Assembly (NCBI GenBank): GCA_001004885.1
Contig: LCRX01000009.1
Coordinates: 1,459-65,458, forward strand
Source: Candidatus Magasanikbacteria bacterium GW2011_GWA2_56_11
GTDB taxonomy: Bacteria > Patescibacteriota > Patescibacteriia > Magasanikbacterales > UBA922
Reading direction: 5' to 3'
DNA length: 64,000 nt
Position numbers and translations under genes: made by a program. Of the stretch, positions 20,059 to 29,831 are shown piece after piece (positions within the stretch are counted from its first letter, which is position 1; every line of letters begins with the position of its first letter). The notes under the pieces are model-generated. The model was not told where the DNA came from. It was given only the letters and a program-made list of their open reading frames with translations, and made no database searches.

Positions 20059-20400
20059 TCCGAGGTTTTTGGGATGTTCGGGTGTGGACAGAGCCCCTAT
20101 TTCTACTTGACAGAGGCGGCGGCATAGTATACACTATCGCTGCCATCAAAGCCCATTGGCAGCTGGCCAGATAAGATCCCCAAGCTTTAGGTTTGGGAGA
20201 AAACATCTGGGAAGAGTCCCATGGGTAGAGGAGTAATGTTGCCTTAAATTAAGAACAAAGCCGTTATTCTTGCGAATAAGAGGCTAGAAGGCAGATCGTG
20301 GAAGTTGGTTTGTGGCCAGAATCCGGCCCTCCGACGTCCTCCCCGGTTTACCTTCTAGTTTTTTATATCACGATCAGACTAGAGTTGAGATTTCTGGACT

Positions 20401-21080
20401 ATGAAGTTCATTGTCGGTAAAAAAATAGGCATGTCCCAGGTTTTTTTGAATAACGGCACGGTTGTGCCGGTAACGCGGATTCAAGCCGGGCCATGTGTCG
20501 TTACCCAGATCAAGTCTCAAGCCAAAGACGGCGTAGACGCGGTCCAGGTGGGTTTTGGAATTCAAAAAGCATTTCGTTTGAGCCGCCCTGAACAGGGCCA
20601 TCTCAAGGGCATTGACATGGGAACCGGGTTAACCGTGCGTTTTTTGCGGGAGCGACCAATGGCCGAGGCCGCCGATCTTAAGCGCGGTGATGTTTTTACA
20701 GTGAAGGTTTTTTCCCCGGGCGAGAAGGTCCAAGTGGTTGGCACCTCAAAAGGCAAGGGCTTCCAAGGCGTGGTCAAACGCCATGGCTTTGCCGGCGGTC
20801 CGGCCTCGCATGGACACAAGGACAACCTGCGCATGCCGGGAAGTATCGGTGCCGGCGGCGTCCAGCGCGTGTTCAAAAATATGCGTATGGCGTGGTTATC
20901 TCTACCCCCGAAGGCAAGATTGAAGTTGAAACACTTCCCGTGGAAGCGCCGATAGCCGCCGAACCCGCCGCGTTGGCGCCAGCCGCCCCGGTCGAAGAGA
21001 TTTTGCCAGACGAAACGCCGGCCGAACCAGCTTCCGCGGCGGCCACAGAAACGGCAGAGCCAGATGAGAAATCCGCCTAA
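20401..21080 (+). CDS. rplC: 50S ribosomal protein L3 with apparent deletion/frameshift near 20891
   Basis: GKKIGMSQ, SKGKGFQGVVKRH, RMPGSIG; the segment GHMG...KGAVPG is missing and the C-terminal tail continues in another frame to 21080. Confidence 0.93.
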
Positions 21081-21100
21081 GGGCGCAACCAGGATAGAAT

Positions 21101-21730
21101 ATGACCAAAGTTAAAGTCTACAATCCAGCGGGCGAAGCTGTTCGGGAAATTGAACTGCCGGCGGTCGTGTTCGGTATCTCTCCCAAGTCCGAAGTAGTGC
21201 ACCAAGTCTATACCGCCCAGATAGCCAATGAACGCGAACCCTGGGCCGACACGAAAGACCGCGGCGAGGTTCGTGGCGGCGGCAAAAAGCCCTGGAAGCA
21301 AAAGGGTACCGGGCGGGCCCGCCACGGTTCGATCCGGTCGCCGATTTGGAAAGGCGGCGGCGTTACTTTCGGGCCGCTGTCATGGCGTAATTACGCTCAG
21401 AAAATCAACAGAAAGATGAAACAGCTGGCAGTTAAAATGTGCTTGGCCGACAAGGCGTCCAACGGCACTTTGGTCGTTTTGACCGAGTTGCCGTCAGACG
21501 GAAAAACGAAAAGTTTGGCCGAGTTACGCCGGCGCTTGCCGGGCGACAACCGTCGGGCAGTGGTCTTGACGGCCGAGTATGACGCCGCGGCCCTCCGGGC
21601 CGGACGCAACGTACCGCAGACCCAGGTTCGCGAAGCCCGTGAAGTCAGTGTGGTAGACCTTTTGCGCTTTCAATACGTAATCGCGACCGAAGCGGCGATT
21701 AAGGTGCTCGCCGAGCGTTTGACTCGTTAG
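21101..21730 (+). CDS. rplD: 50S ribosomal protein L4
   Basis: GGGKKPWKQKGTGRARHGSIRSP. Confidence 0.98.
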   Translation: MTKVKVYNPAGEAVREIELPAVVFGISPKSEVVHQVYTAQIANEREPWADTKDRGEVRGGGKKPWKQKGTGRARHGSIRSPIWKGGGVTFGPLSWRNYAQKINRKMKQLAVKMCLADKASNGTLVVLTELPSDGKTKSLAELRRRLPGDNRRAVVLTAEYDAAALRAGRNVPQTQVREAREVSVVDLLRFQYVIATEAAIKVLAERLTR

Positions 21731-21759
21731 TTTTTGCCCCCAAATTCCTGATCAGCTAT

Positions 21760-22185
21760 ATGGGAATACTTGAAAAAATCAAAAAAACCAAACCGGACTC
21801 CGAAGCTGGAGCCAGCGTTGACGCCGGGGAAAAAAAGCCGGCCGGGCGCAAAGGCAGCGTCGCGGCGCCAACAGCGGCCCCGGAGAAACACGCTGCCCGG
21901 GGTCTGGCATACCGCATTTTGCTTAAGCCTTTGCTGAGCGAAAAAGCGACTCACGGAGAGCGCCACGGGGCCTATATTTTTATGGTGGCTAAAACCGCCA
22001 CTAAGCCCGAAATTGCCGCGGCTGTCCAAGCGGTGTACGGAGTGAAACCGCAAAAAGTTAATACTGTCAGCCTGGAGGGCAAAGAAGTCCGTTTTGGCCG
22101 CCGCACCGGCCGCCGCAAGGGCTGGAAAAAGGCAGTGGTTTTTTTGCCCAAAGGCAAGTCAATCAGCATTCACGCCGGAGTTTAG
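21760..22185 (+). CDS. rplW: 50S ribosomal protein L23 with N-terminal extension
   Basis: PLLSEKA, ATKPEI, WKKAVV. Confidence 0.95.
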   Translation: MGILEKIKKTKPDSEAGASVDAGEKKPAGRKGSVAAPTAAPEKHAARGLAYRILLKPLLSEKATHGERHGAYIFMVAKTATKPEIAAAVQAVYGVKPQKVNTVSLEGKEVRFGRRTGRRKGWKKAVVFLPKGKSISIHAGV

Positions 22186-22200
22186 GGTTACGCTACCGCT

Positions 22201-23046
22201 ATGACCATAAAACACTACAAACCAACTACCCCAGGCCGCCGCAAAGCCAGCGTGCAGGATTTTTCTGATGTTACGAGCGGCAAACCCGTGCGGTCGCTGG
22301 TCAAAGTTTTGAAACAGCACGCCGGCCGCAACAATAGCGGCCAGATTACGGTGCGCCACCGCGGCGGCGGAGTTAAGCGTTTGTACCGTCTCATTGACTT
22401 CAAACTCACGAAGTACGACGTTTCGGGCACCATAAAGACTATTGAATACGATCCGAACCGCGGCGCCCGCATCGCTCTCGTAGAGTACGCCGACGCGGAG
22501 AAAGCGTACATCGTGCTTCCGCAGGGGCTAAATGTCGGGGATAAAATTATTTCTTCGAGCGGTCCGGTGGAAGCAGCTCCCGGGGTGCGGATGCCTCTTA
22601 AGTACATTCCGGTCGGTTTGTTTGTTTACAACATTGAATTGGAGCCTGGCCGGGGCGGCCAGCTGGTGCGCAGCGCCGGAGTCGGGGCGCAGATACAGAC
22701 GCTTGAGGGCGGTTATGCCCAGCTAAAGTTGCCTTCGGGCGAGATCAGAATCCTGCCGGAGGCCTGCCGGGCGACTATAGGGCAGGTAAGTAACCCCGAC
22801 TTTAAGCTGGTGCGTTTGGGCAAGGCCGGTCGCAAGCGCCACATGGGCTGGAGGCCGGTGGTGCGCGGCAAGGTAATGAACCCGATTGACCATCCGCACG
22901 GCGGCGGCGAGGGCCGCAATTCGATTGGTTTGAAAGACGGTCCGAAAACAGCCTGGGGGAAACCGGCGTTGGGCGTCAAGACTCGCCGCCACAAGAAGTC
23001 CAGCGATAAACTTATTATTCAGCGCCGGAAAGCACGGAAGAAGTAA
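22201..23046 (+). CDS. rplB: 50S ribosomal protein L2
   Basis: [19 protein letters not shown]. Confidence 0.99.
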   Translation: MTIKHYKPTTPGRRKASVQDFSDVTSGKPVRSLVKVLKQHAGRNNSGQITVRHRGGGVKRLYRLIDFKLTKYDVSGTIKTIEYDPNRGARIALVEYADAEKAYIVLPQGLNVGDKIISSSGPVEAAPGVRMPLKYIPVGLFVYNIELEPGRGGQLVRSAGVGAQIQTLEGGYAQLKLPSGEIRILPEACRATIGQVSNPDFKLVRLGKAGRKRHMGWRPVVRGKVMNPIDHPHGGGEGRNSIGLKDGPKTAWGKPALGVKTRRHKKSSDKLIIQRRKARKK

Positions 23047-23058
23047 CCTGGAAACGTT

Positions 23059-23388
23059 ATGTCACGAAGTTTAAAAAAGGGACCGTTTGTAGATGGCAGA
23101 CTCTTGGAGAAAGTGCAGAAGGCCAGGGCCGGCGGCAACCGTACGCCGATAAAAACCTGGTCGCGCGCTTCAACAATCACGCCTGAGATGGTCGGAATGA
23201 CATTTTCGGTGCACAACGGCAAGACATTCATTAGCGTTTTCGCGGAAGAAAACATGGTCGGACACCGTTTGGGAGAGTTTTCCCCGACGCGCAAGTTTTT
23301 GGGACATGGCGGCAAGATGGCCAAGGAGCAGACTAAAACCGCCGGTGCCGCCGCTCCTGCGCCGCAAGCCAAAGCCACGAAACGATAA
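23059..23388 (+). CDS. rpsS: 30S ribosomal protein S19
   Basis: [29 protein letters not shown]. Confidence 0.98.
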   Translation: MSRSLKKGPFVDGRLLEKVQKARAGGNRTPIKTWSRASTITPEMVGMTFSVHNGKTFISVFAEENMVGHRLGEFSPTRKFLGHGGKMAKEQTKTAGAAAPAPQAKATKR

Positions 23389-23448
23389 TCGGTTGGGAGC
23401 GGCAGAGCGGGGTTCACCCCAGCGTTGCCCGCCCAGAACTTTGTCAGT

Positions 23449-23865
23449 ATGAATTTTGAAGCTACAGCACAACTTAACAGCCTGCGCATCAGCCCGCGCA
23501 AGGTCCGGCTCGTAACGGACGTGATCAAAGGCCTGCCGGTGGAGCGGGCGCGGCAGGAATTGAAGTTTTCGGCCAAAGATGCCGCCCGCCCGGTGTTGAA
23601 GCTCCTGGAATCGGCGGTGGCGAATGCCGTGCATAACCACCACCTGAAACCGGAGACGCTGGTCGTAAAGCACACGGCCGTGAACGGCGGTTCGATTTTG
23701 TACCGCTGGATGCCGCGCGCTATGGGACGGGCGACGCCCCTGCGCAAGCGGACGGCGCATGTGTCGATGGTACTTTCCGGCGAGGTTGACGAGAAGGCCA
23801 AGGCAGTCGCGGCCGCCGGAGCGGATGCTCCGGCCGAAAAAACGCCGGCCGGGAAAGCCGAATAA
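23449..23865 (+). CDS. rplV: 50S ribosomal protein L22
   Basis: RISPRKVRLV, SAVANA, PRAMGRA. Confidence 0.97.
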   Translation: MNFEATAQLNSLRISPRKVRLVTDVIKGLPVERARQELKFSAKDAARPVLKLLESAVANAVHNHHLKPETLVVKHTAVNGGSILYRWMPRAMGRATPLRKRTAHVSMVLSGEVDEKAKAVAAAGADAPAEKTPAGKAE

Positions 23866-23938
23866 TGTAATCTAAACTAGCCGCCAGAGTGGCCGCGCCA
23901 GGGGCAGGTCCCGGACGAAAACTCTGACTTTCTAAATT

Positions 23939-24622
23939 ATGGGTCATAAAGTCCATCCGAAAATTCACCGCATGCCGATTCTTTTTCCCTGGCCGTCGCG
24001 CTGGGTAGATACGGCACACTACGCCGACCGCGTGGCCGAAGATATCAAGATTCGCGAGTACCTCAAGGCGAAATTTAAAGATGCCCAAATTGACAGCATC
24101 TTTGTCGAACGCAGCGCCAAGAACATGACCTTGACGATATTCGCCGGCAAGCCGGGCATTGTTATCGGCCGGGGCGGGCAGGGGTTGGACCAGATCCGCA
24201 AAGAAATCGAACGCCAATTTTTGAAAATGGCGATGAAAGTGAAGTTGAATATCCAGGAAGTAAGCTCGCCGTCGTTATCGGCCGAGATTATTGCCCAGAG
24301 CGTCGTGCGCGACACCGAGGGGCGGCTGCCGTACCGCCGGGTGATAAAACAGCACTTGGAGCGGGTGATGAAATCCGGCGCCCTCGGGGTCAAGATAGGC
24401 ATGGCCGGCCGGTTGAACGGCGTGGAAATCGCTCGCGAGGAAATTCTGGCCAAGGGCAAAATTCCGCTCATTACCCTGCGCAGCAATGTGGACTATGCTT
24501 ACGCCATCGCCAAGACGATGTACGGCACTATCGGGGTAAAAGTATGGATTTACAAAGGCGAGTCGTTCGAGCGCGTTGATCGTTTAACCGAGGCGAAGGA
24601 AACCGCCAAGGAGCGCACCTAA
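23939..24622 (+). CDS. rpsC: 30S ribosomal protein S3
   Basis: MGHKVHP, GRLNGVEIAR, YGTIGVKVWIY. Confidence 0.98.
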   Translation: MGHKVHPKIHRMPILFPWPSRWVDTAHYADRVAEDIKIREYLKAKFKDAQIDSIFVERSAKNMTLTIFAGKPGIVIGRGGQGLDQIRKEIERQFLKMAMKVKLNIQEVSSPSLSAEIIAQSVVRDTEGRLPYRRVIKQHLERVMKSGALGVKIGMAGRLNGVEIAREEILAKGKIPLITLRSNVDYAYAIAKTMYGTIGVKVWIYKGESFERVDRLTEAKETAKERT

Positions 24623-24631
24623 AATTAGTGT

Positions 24632-25045
24632 ATGTTGCTACCAAAGAAAGTTAAACACCGCAAATGGCACAAGCCCCGCCGCCGCAACCTGGGCGTGGCG
24701 ACCCGTCTCAGCACCGTGGCTTTCGGCAGTTTCGGGCTCAAGTCCATGGACCATGCCTGGATCAGCTCCCGCCAGATCGAGGCAGCGCGCCGGGTTTTGA
24801 CCCGCTATGTTAAGCGCGGCGGCAAGATTTGGATTCGAGTTTTTCCGGACCGTCCGGTAACCAAAAAGGGCAATGAAGTGCCGATGGGCGGCGGCAAAGG
24901 TTCGCCGGAATATTTTGTCTGCACCATTAAGCCGGGTACTGTCCTGTTTGAAATGGAAGGCATCCCCGAGGACAAAGCGCGCGAGGCGCTGTTGCTCTCG
25001 GCGCACAAGCTGCCGCTCAAGGCTAAGTTCGTGAGGCGCGGCTAA
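24632..25045 (+). CDS. rplP: 50S ribosomal protein L16
   Basis: [21 protein letters not shown]. Confidence 0.98.
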   Translation: MLLPKKVKHRKWHKPRRRNLGVATRLSTVAFGSFGLKSMDHAWISSRQIEAARRVLTRYVKRGGKIWIRVFPDRPVTKKGNEVPMGGGKGSPEYFVCTIKPGTVLFEMEGIPEDKAREALLLSAHKLPLKAKFVRRG

Positions 25046-25104
25046 CTAATTCGGAGTACCCAGACCGGCGATCAGATTTCCCCGGTCTGGGTACTCCGAA
25101 TTAG
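25046..25104. repeat. perfect 23-bp inverted repeat between rplP and rpmC
   Basis: CTAATTCGGAGTACCCAGACCGG ... CCGGTCTGGGTACTCCGAATTAG. Confidence 0.85.
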
Positions 25105-25131
25105 ACCAGTTAACCGGAGTAAGTATTCAGT

Positions 25132-25350
25132 ATGGAGATGAGCGAACTAAAAAATAAATCGTTATCAGAGCTTCATCGGTCTCTCGGCGAGATGCGCGAG
25201 GAACTGCGGGAGCTGCGTTTCAAAGTCAGCGAGCGCCAGCTGGCGCAGGTGCGCCGTGTCCGCGCGCTTAAGCGCCGCATTGCCCAGGTGCTGACCGCTA
25301 TCAATCATCGAGCCAAAGCCGCCACTAAGCCGGCCGGGCAAAAGTCCTAG
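25132..25350 (+). CDS. rpmC: 50S ribosomal protein L29
   Basis: ELRELRF...RRIAQVLT; synteny. Confidence 0.93.
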   Translation: MEMSELKNKSLSELHRSLGEMREELRELRFKVSERQLAQVRRVRALKRRIAQVLTAINHRAKAATKPAGQKS

Positions 25351-25363
25351 CCCTTAAATTGTT

Positions 25364-25636
25364 ATGAAGCAAGTTACCCCCCAGACTCCTGCCGCCAAGC
25401 CGCCGCACCGCCGTTTTTCCGGCGAAGTGGTAAGCGTGAGCGGGCAAAAGACAGTGCGGGTCAAAGTGGAAACGATCAAGATGCATCCCAAGTACCGCAA
25501 GCAGTACACCACGCGCAAACACTTCGCGGTGCACGACGAAAAGAATGCGGCCCAGGTCGGTAACGTAATTTTGTTTGAAGAGTGCCGGCCATTGAGCAAG
25601 ACCAAGCGGTGGCGGCTGATCGCGGTCGTGAAGTAA
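25364..25636 (+). CDS. rpsQ: 30S ribosomal protein S17
   Basis: HPKYRK, VHDE, ECRPLSKTKRW. Confidence 0.97.
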   Translation: MKQVTPQTPAAKPPHRRFSGEVVSVSGQKTVRVKVETIKMHPKYRKQYTTRKHFAVHDEKNAAQVGNVILFEECRPLSKTKRWRLIAVVK

Positions 25637-25657
25637 GTTAATCCCTGAGTAACGATT

Positions 25658-26029
25658 ATGATCCAGCATCGCAGTATTCTCAAAGTAGCGGATAACAGCG
25701 GAGCCAAAAAACTCATGTGTATTCGAGTTCGCGGCGGCTACAAAAAACGGTACGCGCGGCTGGGAGATATTATTACCTGCGCCGTGAAAGAAGCCGCGCC
25801 CCGCGGAACGGTGAAAAAAAGCGAAGTCGTGCATGCCGTTATTGTCCGCCAGAGAAAAGAGGCGCGCCGCGCTGACGGTACGTATATCCGTTTTGACGAG
25901 AATGCGGCCGTGGTCATAGACGAAAAGAACAAAGAACCTAAGGGGACGCGTATTTTCGGACCGGTGGCCAGGGAATTGCGCGCCAAGGGATTCCAGAAAA
26001 TAGTGTCTTTGGCCCCGGAAGTGTTGTAA
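25658..26029 (+). CDS. rplN: 50S ribosomal protein L14
   Basis: [27 protein letters not shown]. Confidence 0.99.
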   Translation: MIQHRSILKVADNSGAKKLMCIRVRGGYKKRYARLGDIITCAVKEAAPRGTVKKSEVVHAVIVRQRKEARRADGTYIRFDENAAVVIDEKNKEPKGTRIFGPVARELRAKGFQKIVSLAPEVL

Positions 26030-26053
26030 GAGGGTTAACTTAAACACGAGAGT

Positions 26054-26374
26054 ATGAAAATTAAAACCGGCGATAAAGTTAAACTCCTCTCGGGGAAAGA
26101 CCGCGGCAAGACCGGCAAGGTTATTCAGGTACTTTACAACCGCGACAAACAGGCGCACTATGTGGTTGTCGAGGGAGTGAACAAATTGAAAAAACATCTG
26201 CGCGCCGGCCGCCGTTCGGAAAAGGGACAGGTAATAGAACTGCCCGCGCCGGTCCAGATTAGCAAAGTAATGTTGGTTGATCCGAAGTCGGGGAAACCGA
26301 CCCGGGTCGCTTTCCGGGCCGAGGGCGCCACCAAGAAGCGCGTGGCCAAGGTAAGCGGCGAGGCAGTTGATTAA
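26054..26374 (+). CDS. rplX: 50S ribosomal protein L24
   Basis: GDKVKLLSGKDRGK, VVEGVN. Confidence 0.97.
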   Translation: MKIKTGDKVKLLSGKDRGKTGKVIQVLYNRDKQAHYVVVEGVNKLKKHLRAGRRSEKGQVIELPAPVQISKVMLVDPKSGKPTRVAFRAEGATKKRVAKVSGEAVD

Positions 26375-26429
26375 AAGAACGCCGTCTCCGGCCAGAGACT
26401 TTCTCGGCCGCGGATGGCGAATTATACCT

Positions 26430-26978
26430 ATGTCGTCACGTCTTTATACCCACTACAAACAGACAGTCGTACCGGCGCTCAAGTCAGAATTGGGCTATCG
26501 GAATATCATGCAGGTACCTCGTCTCACCAAAATCGTCCTCAATATCGGTTTTGGCCGGCATGCCAAAGAAGAGAAGTTCATCGAGAGCGCGCTTTCGTTG
26601 CTCTCGACCATTACCGGGCAGAAGCCGGTGCGCGCCAAAGCCAAAAAGTCGATTTCGAATTTTAAAATCCGCCAGGGCATGGACATCGGCGCGGCCGTAA
26701 CTCTTCGGGGAGAGCGGATGTATGATTTTTTTGACCGCCTGATAACATTGACCCTGCCGCGCGTGCGCGATTTTCGCGGACTCTCGCGCAAGAGTTTTGA
26801 CGGCCGAGGGAACTACACCTTCGGTTTCAAAGAACACCTGGCGTTTCCGGAAATTACCGGCGTGGAGGTGGGCGATATTATCCACGGGCTCGAGATTACG
26901 GTCGCCACCAATGCCAAGACGGATGAGGCCGGTTATGCTTTGCTAAGCAAACTGGGCCTGCCGCTGCGCCAGAAATAA
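26430..26978 (+). CDS. rplE: 50S ribosomal protein L5
   Basis: [22 protein letters not shown]. Confidence 0.98.
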   Translation: MSSRLYTHYKQTVVPALKSELGYRNIMQVPRLTKIVLNIGFGRHAKEEKFIESALSLLSTITGQKPVRAKAKKSISNFKIRQGMDIGAAVTLRGERMYDFFDRLITLTLPRVRDFRGLSRKSFDGRGNYTFGFKEHLAFPEITGVEVGDIIHGLEITVATNAKTDEAGYALLSKLGLPLRQK

Positions 26979-27004
26979 TATTTATTGTCTCACGAGCATA
27001 CGTT

Positions 27005-27190
27005 ATGGCTACCGAAGCCCAAAAAATTAAATCGAAACGCAAGCCCAAGTTTGTCACCCGGGTAGTCAACCGGTGCTGGAAGTGCGGCCGCAAGCGCAGC
27101 TACATGCGCAAATTCAAACTTTGCCGCATCTGTTTCCGGGAATTGGCCAATCAGGGATTCCTGCCCGGAGTGCGCAAATCAAGCTGGTAA
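27005..27190 (+). CDS. rpsN: 30S ribosomal protein S14 (Zn-binding type Z)
   Basis: [19 protein letters not shown]. Confidence 0.97.
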   Translation: MATEAQKIKSKRKPKFVTRVVNRCWKCGRKRSYMRKFKLCRICFRELANQGFLPGVRKSSW

Positions 27191-27218
27191 ATCAGTTGCT
27201 TAAGCAGATTACACAAGT

Positions 27219-27608
27219 ATGATGACGGATACTATCGCAGACATGCTTACCCGGATAAGAAACGCCCAGATGGCCGGCAAACGCCAGGTGAGCGTGCCTT
27301 TGTCGCGGGGAAAGTACGCGATTGCCAACTTATTGAGCCGCGAAGGCTACGTGGGCAAGGTGGAGACAGTGGAAGGCACCCCGGCCCAGCTCATGATAGA
27401 GCTTAAATACCGCGGGGCCGAACCGGCTATCCAGTCTATAGACCGCGCGAGCAAGCCGGGGCACCGCGTATACCGCCAGGCTTCCGAGCTGCCGGTGGTT
27501 TTGAACGGCTATGGCATCTCCATAGTGTCTACCTCGCAAGGCATCATGACCGGCGCGGAGGCGAAAGAACGCGGTGTCGGCGGCGAGATTATTTGTTCAG
27601 TCTACTAA
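27219..27608 (+). CDS. rpsH: 30S ribosomal protein S8
   Basis: DTIADMLTRIRNA, SKPG, STSQG, GGEII. Confidence 0.98.
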   Translation: MMTDTIADMLTRIRNAQMAGKRQVSVPLSRGKYAIANLLSREGYVGKVETVEGTPAQLMIELKYRGAEPAIQSIDRASKPGHRVYRQASELPVVLNGYGISIVSTSQGIMTGAEAKERGVGGEIICSVY

Positions 27609-27696
27609 GAGGATTTCGGATATCAGGGGTCGGATTTAAACCAGAACCGCGTGCCAGATCCGAAGTCCGATATCCGAAATTTGAAGTGTGAAACGT

Positions 27697-28242
27697 ATGT
27701 CACGAATTGGCAAACAACTTATCGTATTGCCGGCAGGCGTTACCATGGCGGTTGACGGCCGTGAGGTAACCGTAAAAGGCCCGAAAGGGGAGCTTAAACG
27801 CACTTTGCCGCCGGGGATCACCGTGGCCGTATCCGGTTCAGAGGCGCAGGTGTCCGCGGCCAACCCGGACGAAAAAGCCGAGCGTTCTTTGTGGGGCACC
27901 CTGGGCGCCCATTTGAGGAATATGGTCAAGGGAGTTACCGCCGGGTTCAGCAAGCAGCTGGAAATTAACGGTGTCGGCTATCGCGTGGCCATGCAGGGCA
28001 AGGATCTCAAGCTGGAGGTGGGGTACTCCCACCCGGTGGTATTCGCGATTCCTGCCGGCGTGCAGGCGGCGGTGGAAAAGAACCTTATTACTCTTTCGAG
28101 CATAGATAAAGAACTTTTGGGCAACGTGGCCGCCGAGCTTCGCTCCGTGCGCCGCCCGGAGCCTTACAAAGGCAAGGGAATAAAATATGTTACGGAAGTT
28201 ATCCGCCGCAAGGCGGGCAAGGCAGCCTCTAAGGGCGCCTAG
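27697..28242 (+). CDS. rplF: 50S ribosomal protein L6
   Basis: MSRIGK, KGPKGEL, PEPYKGKGI. Confidence 0.98.
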   Translation: MSRIGKQLIVLPAGVTMAVDGREVTVKGPKGELKRTLPPGITVAVSGSEAQVSAANPDEKAERSLWGTLGAHLRNMVKGVTAGFSKQLEINGVGYRVAMQGKDLKLEVGYSHPVVFAIPAGVQAAVEKNLITLSSIDKELLGNVAAELRSVRRPEPYKGKGIKYVTEVIRRKAGKAASKGA

Positions 28243-28263
28243 TGAGAGATTTTACTTTTGCGT

Positions 28264-28638
28264 ATGAAACAGAAGGCCACTATCGAAGCCAAACGTCATA
28301 TCCGGCAAACGCGCGTTCGCATGCGGCTGTCCGGCACTGCCGCGCGTCCCCGGTTGAATGTTTTTCGCAGCCTGCGCGGAATTTACGTCCAGCTGATTGA
28401 CGACGCCAAGGGTAAAACCCTCTTGAGCTTGCACAGTAAAACAGCCGACTTGGCCGGCTTCGATACCGAAGGCCGCGCCGGCAAGCTGGCAGTAGCCTAC
28501 GCTTTGGGCCAGGCTATCGCCAAAAAAGCCAAAGATATGAATATAACAAGCGTGGTATTCGACCGCGCCGGCTACCGTTATCACGGTCGCGTGCAAGCGG
28601 TGGCAGAAGGCGCTCGCGCCGGCGGACTGGAATTCTAA
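28264..28638 (+). CDS. rplR: 50S ribosomal protein L18
   Basis: RPRLNVFRS, VFDRAGYRYHGRV. Confidence 0.98.
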   Translation: MKQKATIEAKRHIRQTRVRMRLSGTAARPRLNVFRSLRGIYVQLIDDAKGKTLLSLHSKTADLAGFDTEGRAGKLAVAYALGQAIAKKAKDMNITSVVFDRAGYRYHGRVQAVAEGARAGGLEF

Positions 28639-28667
28639 CTTCATCTCTAAGTTTGTATATCTTGCGT

Positions 28668-29315
28668 ATGGACAAGGGAAAACGCAACAAAAGAGGAGCC
28701 CGTCCGCCTAAGGAGAAACCGGAATTTGACCAGTACATTCTTGATTTGGCGCGCGTAACCCGAGTTACCAAAGGCGGCAAGCAGCTGTCTTTTCGCGCCT
28801 GCGTGATCATCGGCGACCGCCGCGGCCGCGTCGGCTATGGCGTGCAGAAGGGCAAAGACGTGCAGATGGCGGTGGAAAAAGCAGTCAACAACGCCAGAAA
28901 GAACATGATCCGCGTGCCGATTATCAAAGACACTATCCCGCATCGCGTAGAGGCCAAATTCAAGGCGGCCAAGCTCATGATTAAGCCGGCTCCGCGCGGT
29001 TCCGGTCTCATCGCCGGCAGTATGATCCGCAACGTTCTTGATCTCGCCGGCGTGCCGAACGCCTCGGCCAAGATGCTCGGTAAAAGCAACAATAAAATAG
29101 CCAACGTGAAGGCGGCATTTTCGGCCTTGCAATCTTTTAAGCCGTCCGCGCTCGCTCCGGCTCCTGCCCCGGTTAAAGCGTCCGTCGAGAATAGCGGCGG
29201 CGCGGCCGCTCCGGCGGCAGCGCCTGATTCGGCGAAGCCCAAAAAGACGCGCGCTCCGCGCGCCGTCAAAAAAGACGACGGCGTCACCCACGACAAAACT
29301 TCGGCCGCGGCCTAA
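28668..29315 (+). CDS. rpsE: 30S ribosomal protein S5 with Ala/Pro/Lys-rich tail
   Basis: RVTRVTKGG, GRVGYG, PAPRGSGLIAG. Confidence 0.97.
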   Translation: MDKGKRNKRGARPPKEKPEFDQYILDLARVTRVTKGGKQLSFRACVIIGDRRGRVGYGVQKGKDVQMAVEKAVNNARKNMIRVPIIKDTIPHRVEAKFKAAKLMIKPAPRGSGLIAGSMIRNVLDLAGVPNASAKMLGKSNNKIANVKAAFSALQSFKPSALAPAPAPVKASVENSGGAAAPAAAPDSAKPKKTRAPRAVKKDDGVTHDKTSAAA

Positions 29316-29337
29316 AGTTTGACTTTCGTAAATATTT

Positions 29338-29781
29338 ATGACACTGCTTGCACACACACTACGTCCGGGACGCGGCTCTAAACGTAACGCCAAGCGCGTT
29401 GGCCGCGGCAATGCCTCGCAAAAGGGGACTACCGCGGGACGCGGCACCAAGGGGCAGAAGGCCCGAACCGGCGGCCGCGGCGGGCTTAAGCTCAAAGGCC
29501 TGAAGCAGAACTTGCTCAAAGTACCCAAGAGCCGCGGCTTTAAAAGCCACCGGCCGCAGCCGGCCACCGTAACCCTCGGCGCCCTTAACCGCCATTACGA
29601 AGCCGGAGCCAAGATTACTCCTGGCGGCCTCGCCAAGGACAAGGTGGTATCAACCGGCGCCGCCGGAGTCAAGATCGTCGCGACCGGAGAGATCGGCAAG
29701 GCGCTGACAGTGTCGGGCTGCCTGGTGTCCAAAACAGCGGCCGCCGCCATCGAAAAGGCCGGGGGGAAGATCGTCTACTAA
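29338..29781 (+). CDS. rplO: 50S ribosomal protein L15
   Basis: RVGRG, GRGTKGQKARTG, IEKAGG. Confidence 0.96.
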   Translation: MTLLAHTLRPGRGSKRNAKRVGRGNASQKGTTAGRGTKGQKARTGGRGGLKLKGLKQNLLKVPKSRGFKSHRPQPATVTLGALNRHYEAGAKITPGGLAKDKVVSTGAAGVKIVATGEIGKALTVSGCLVSKTAAAAIEKAGGKIVY

Positions 29782-29831
29782 CCGCGGAGTGAGTGGCGCG
29801 GCAGCCACTGTTTACCGTCTGAATTGCGCGT

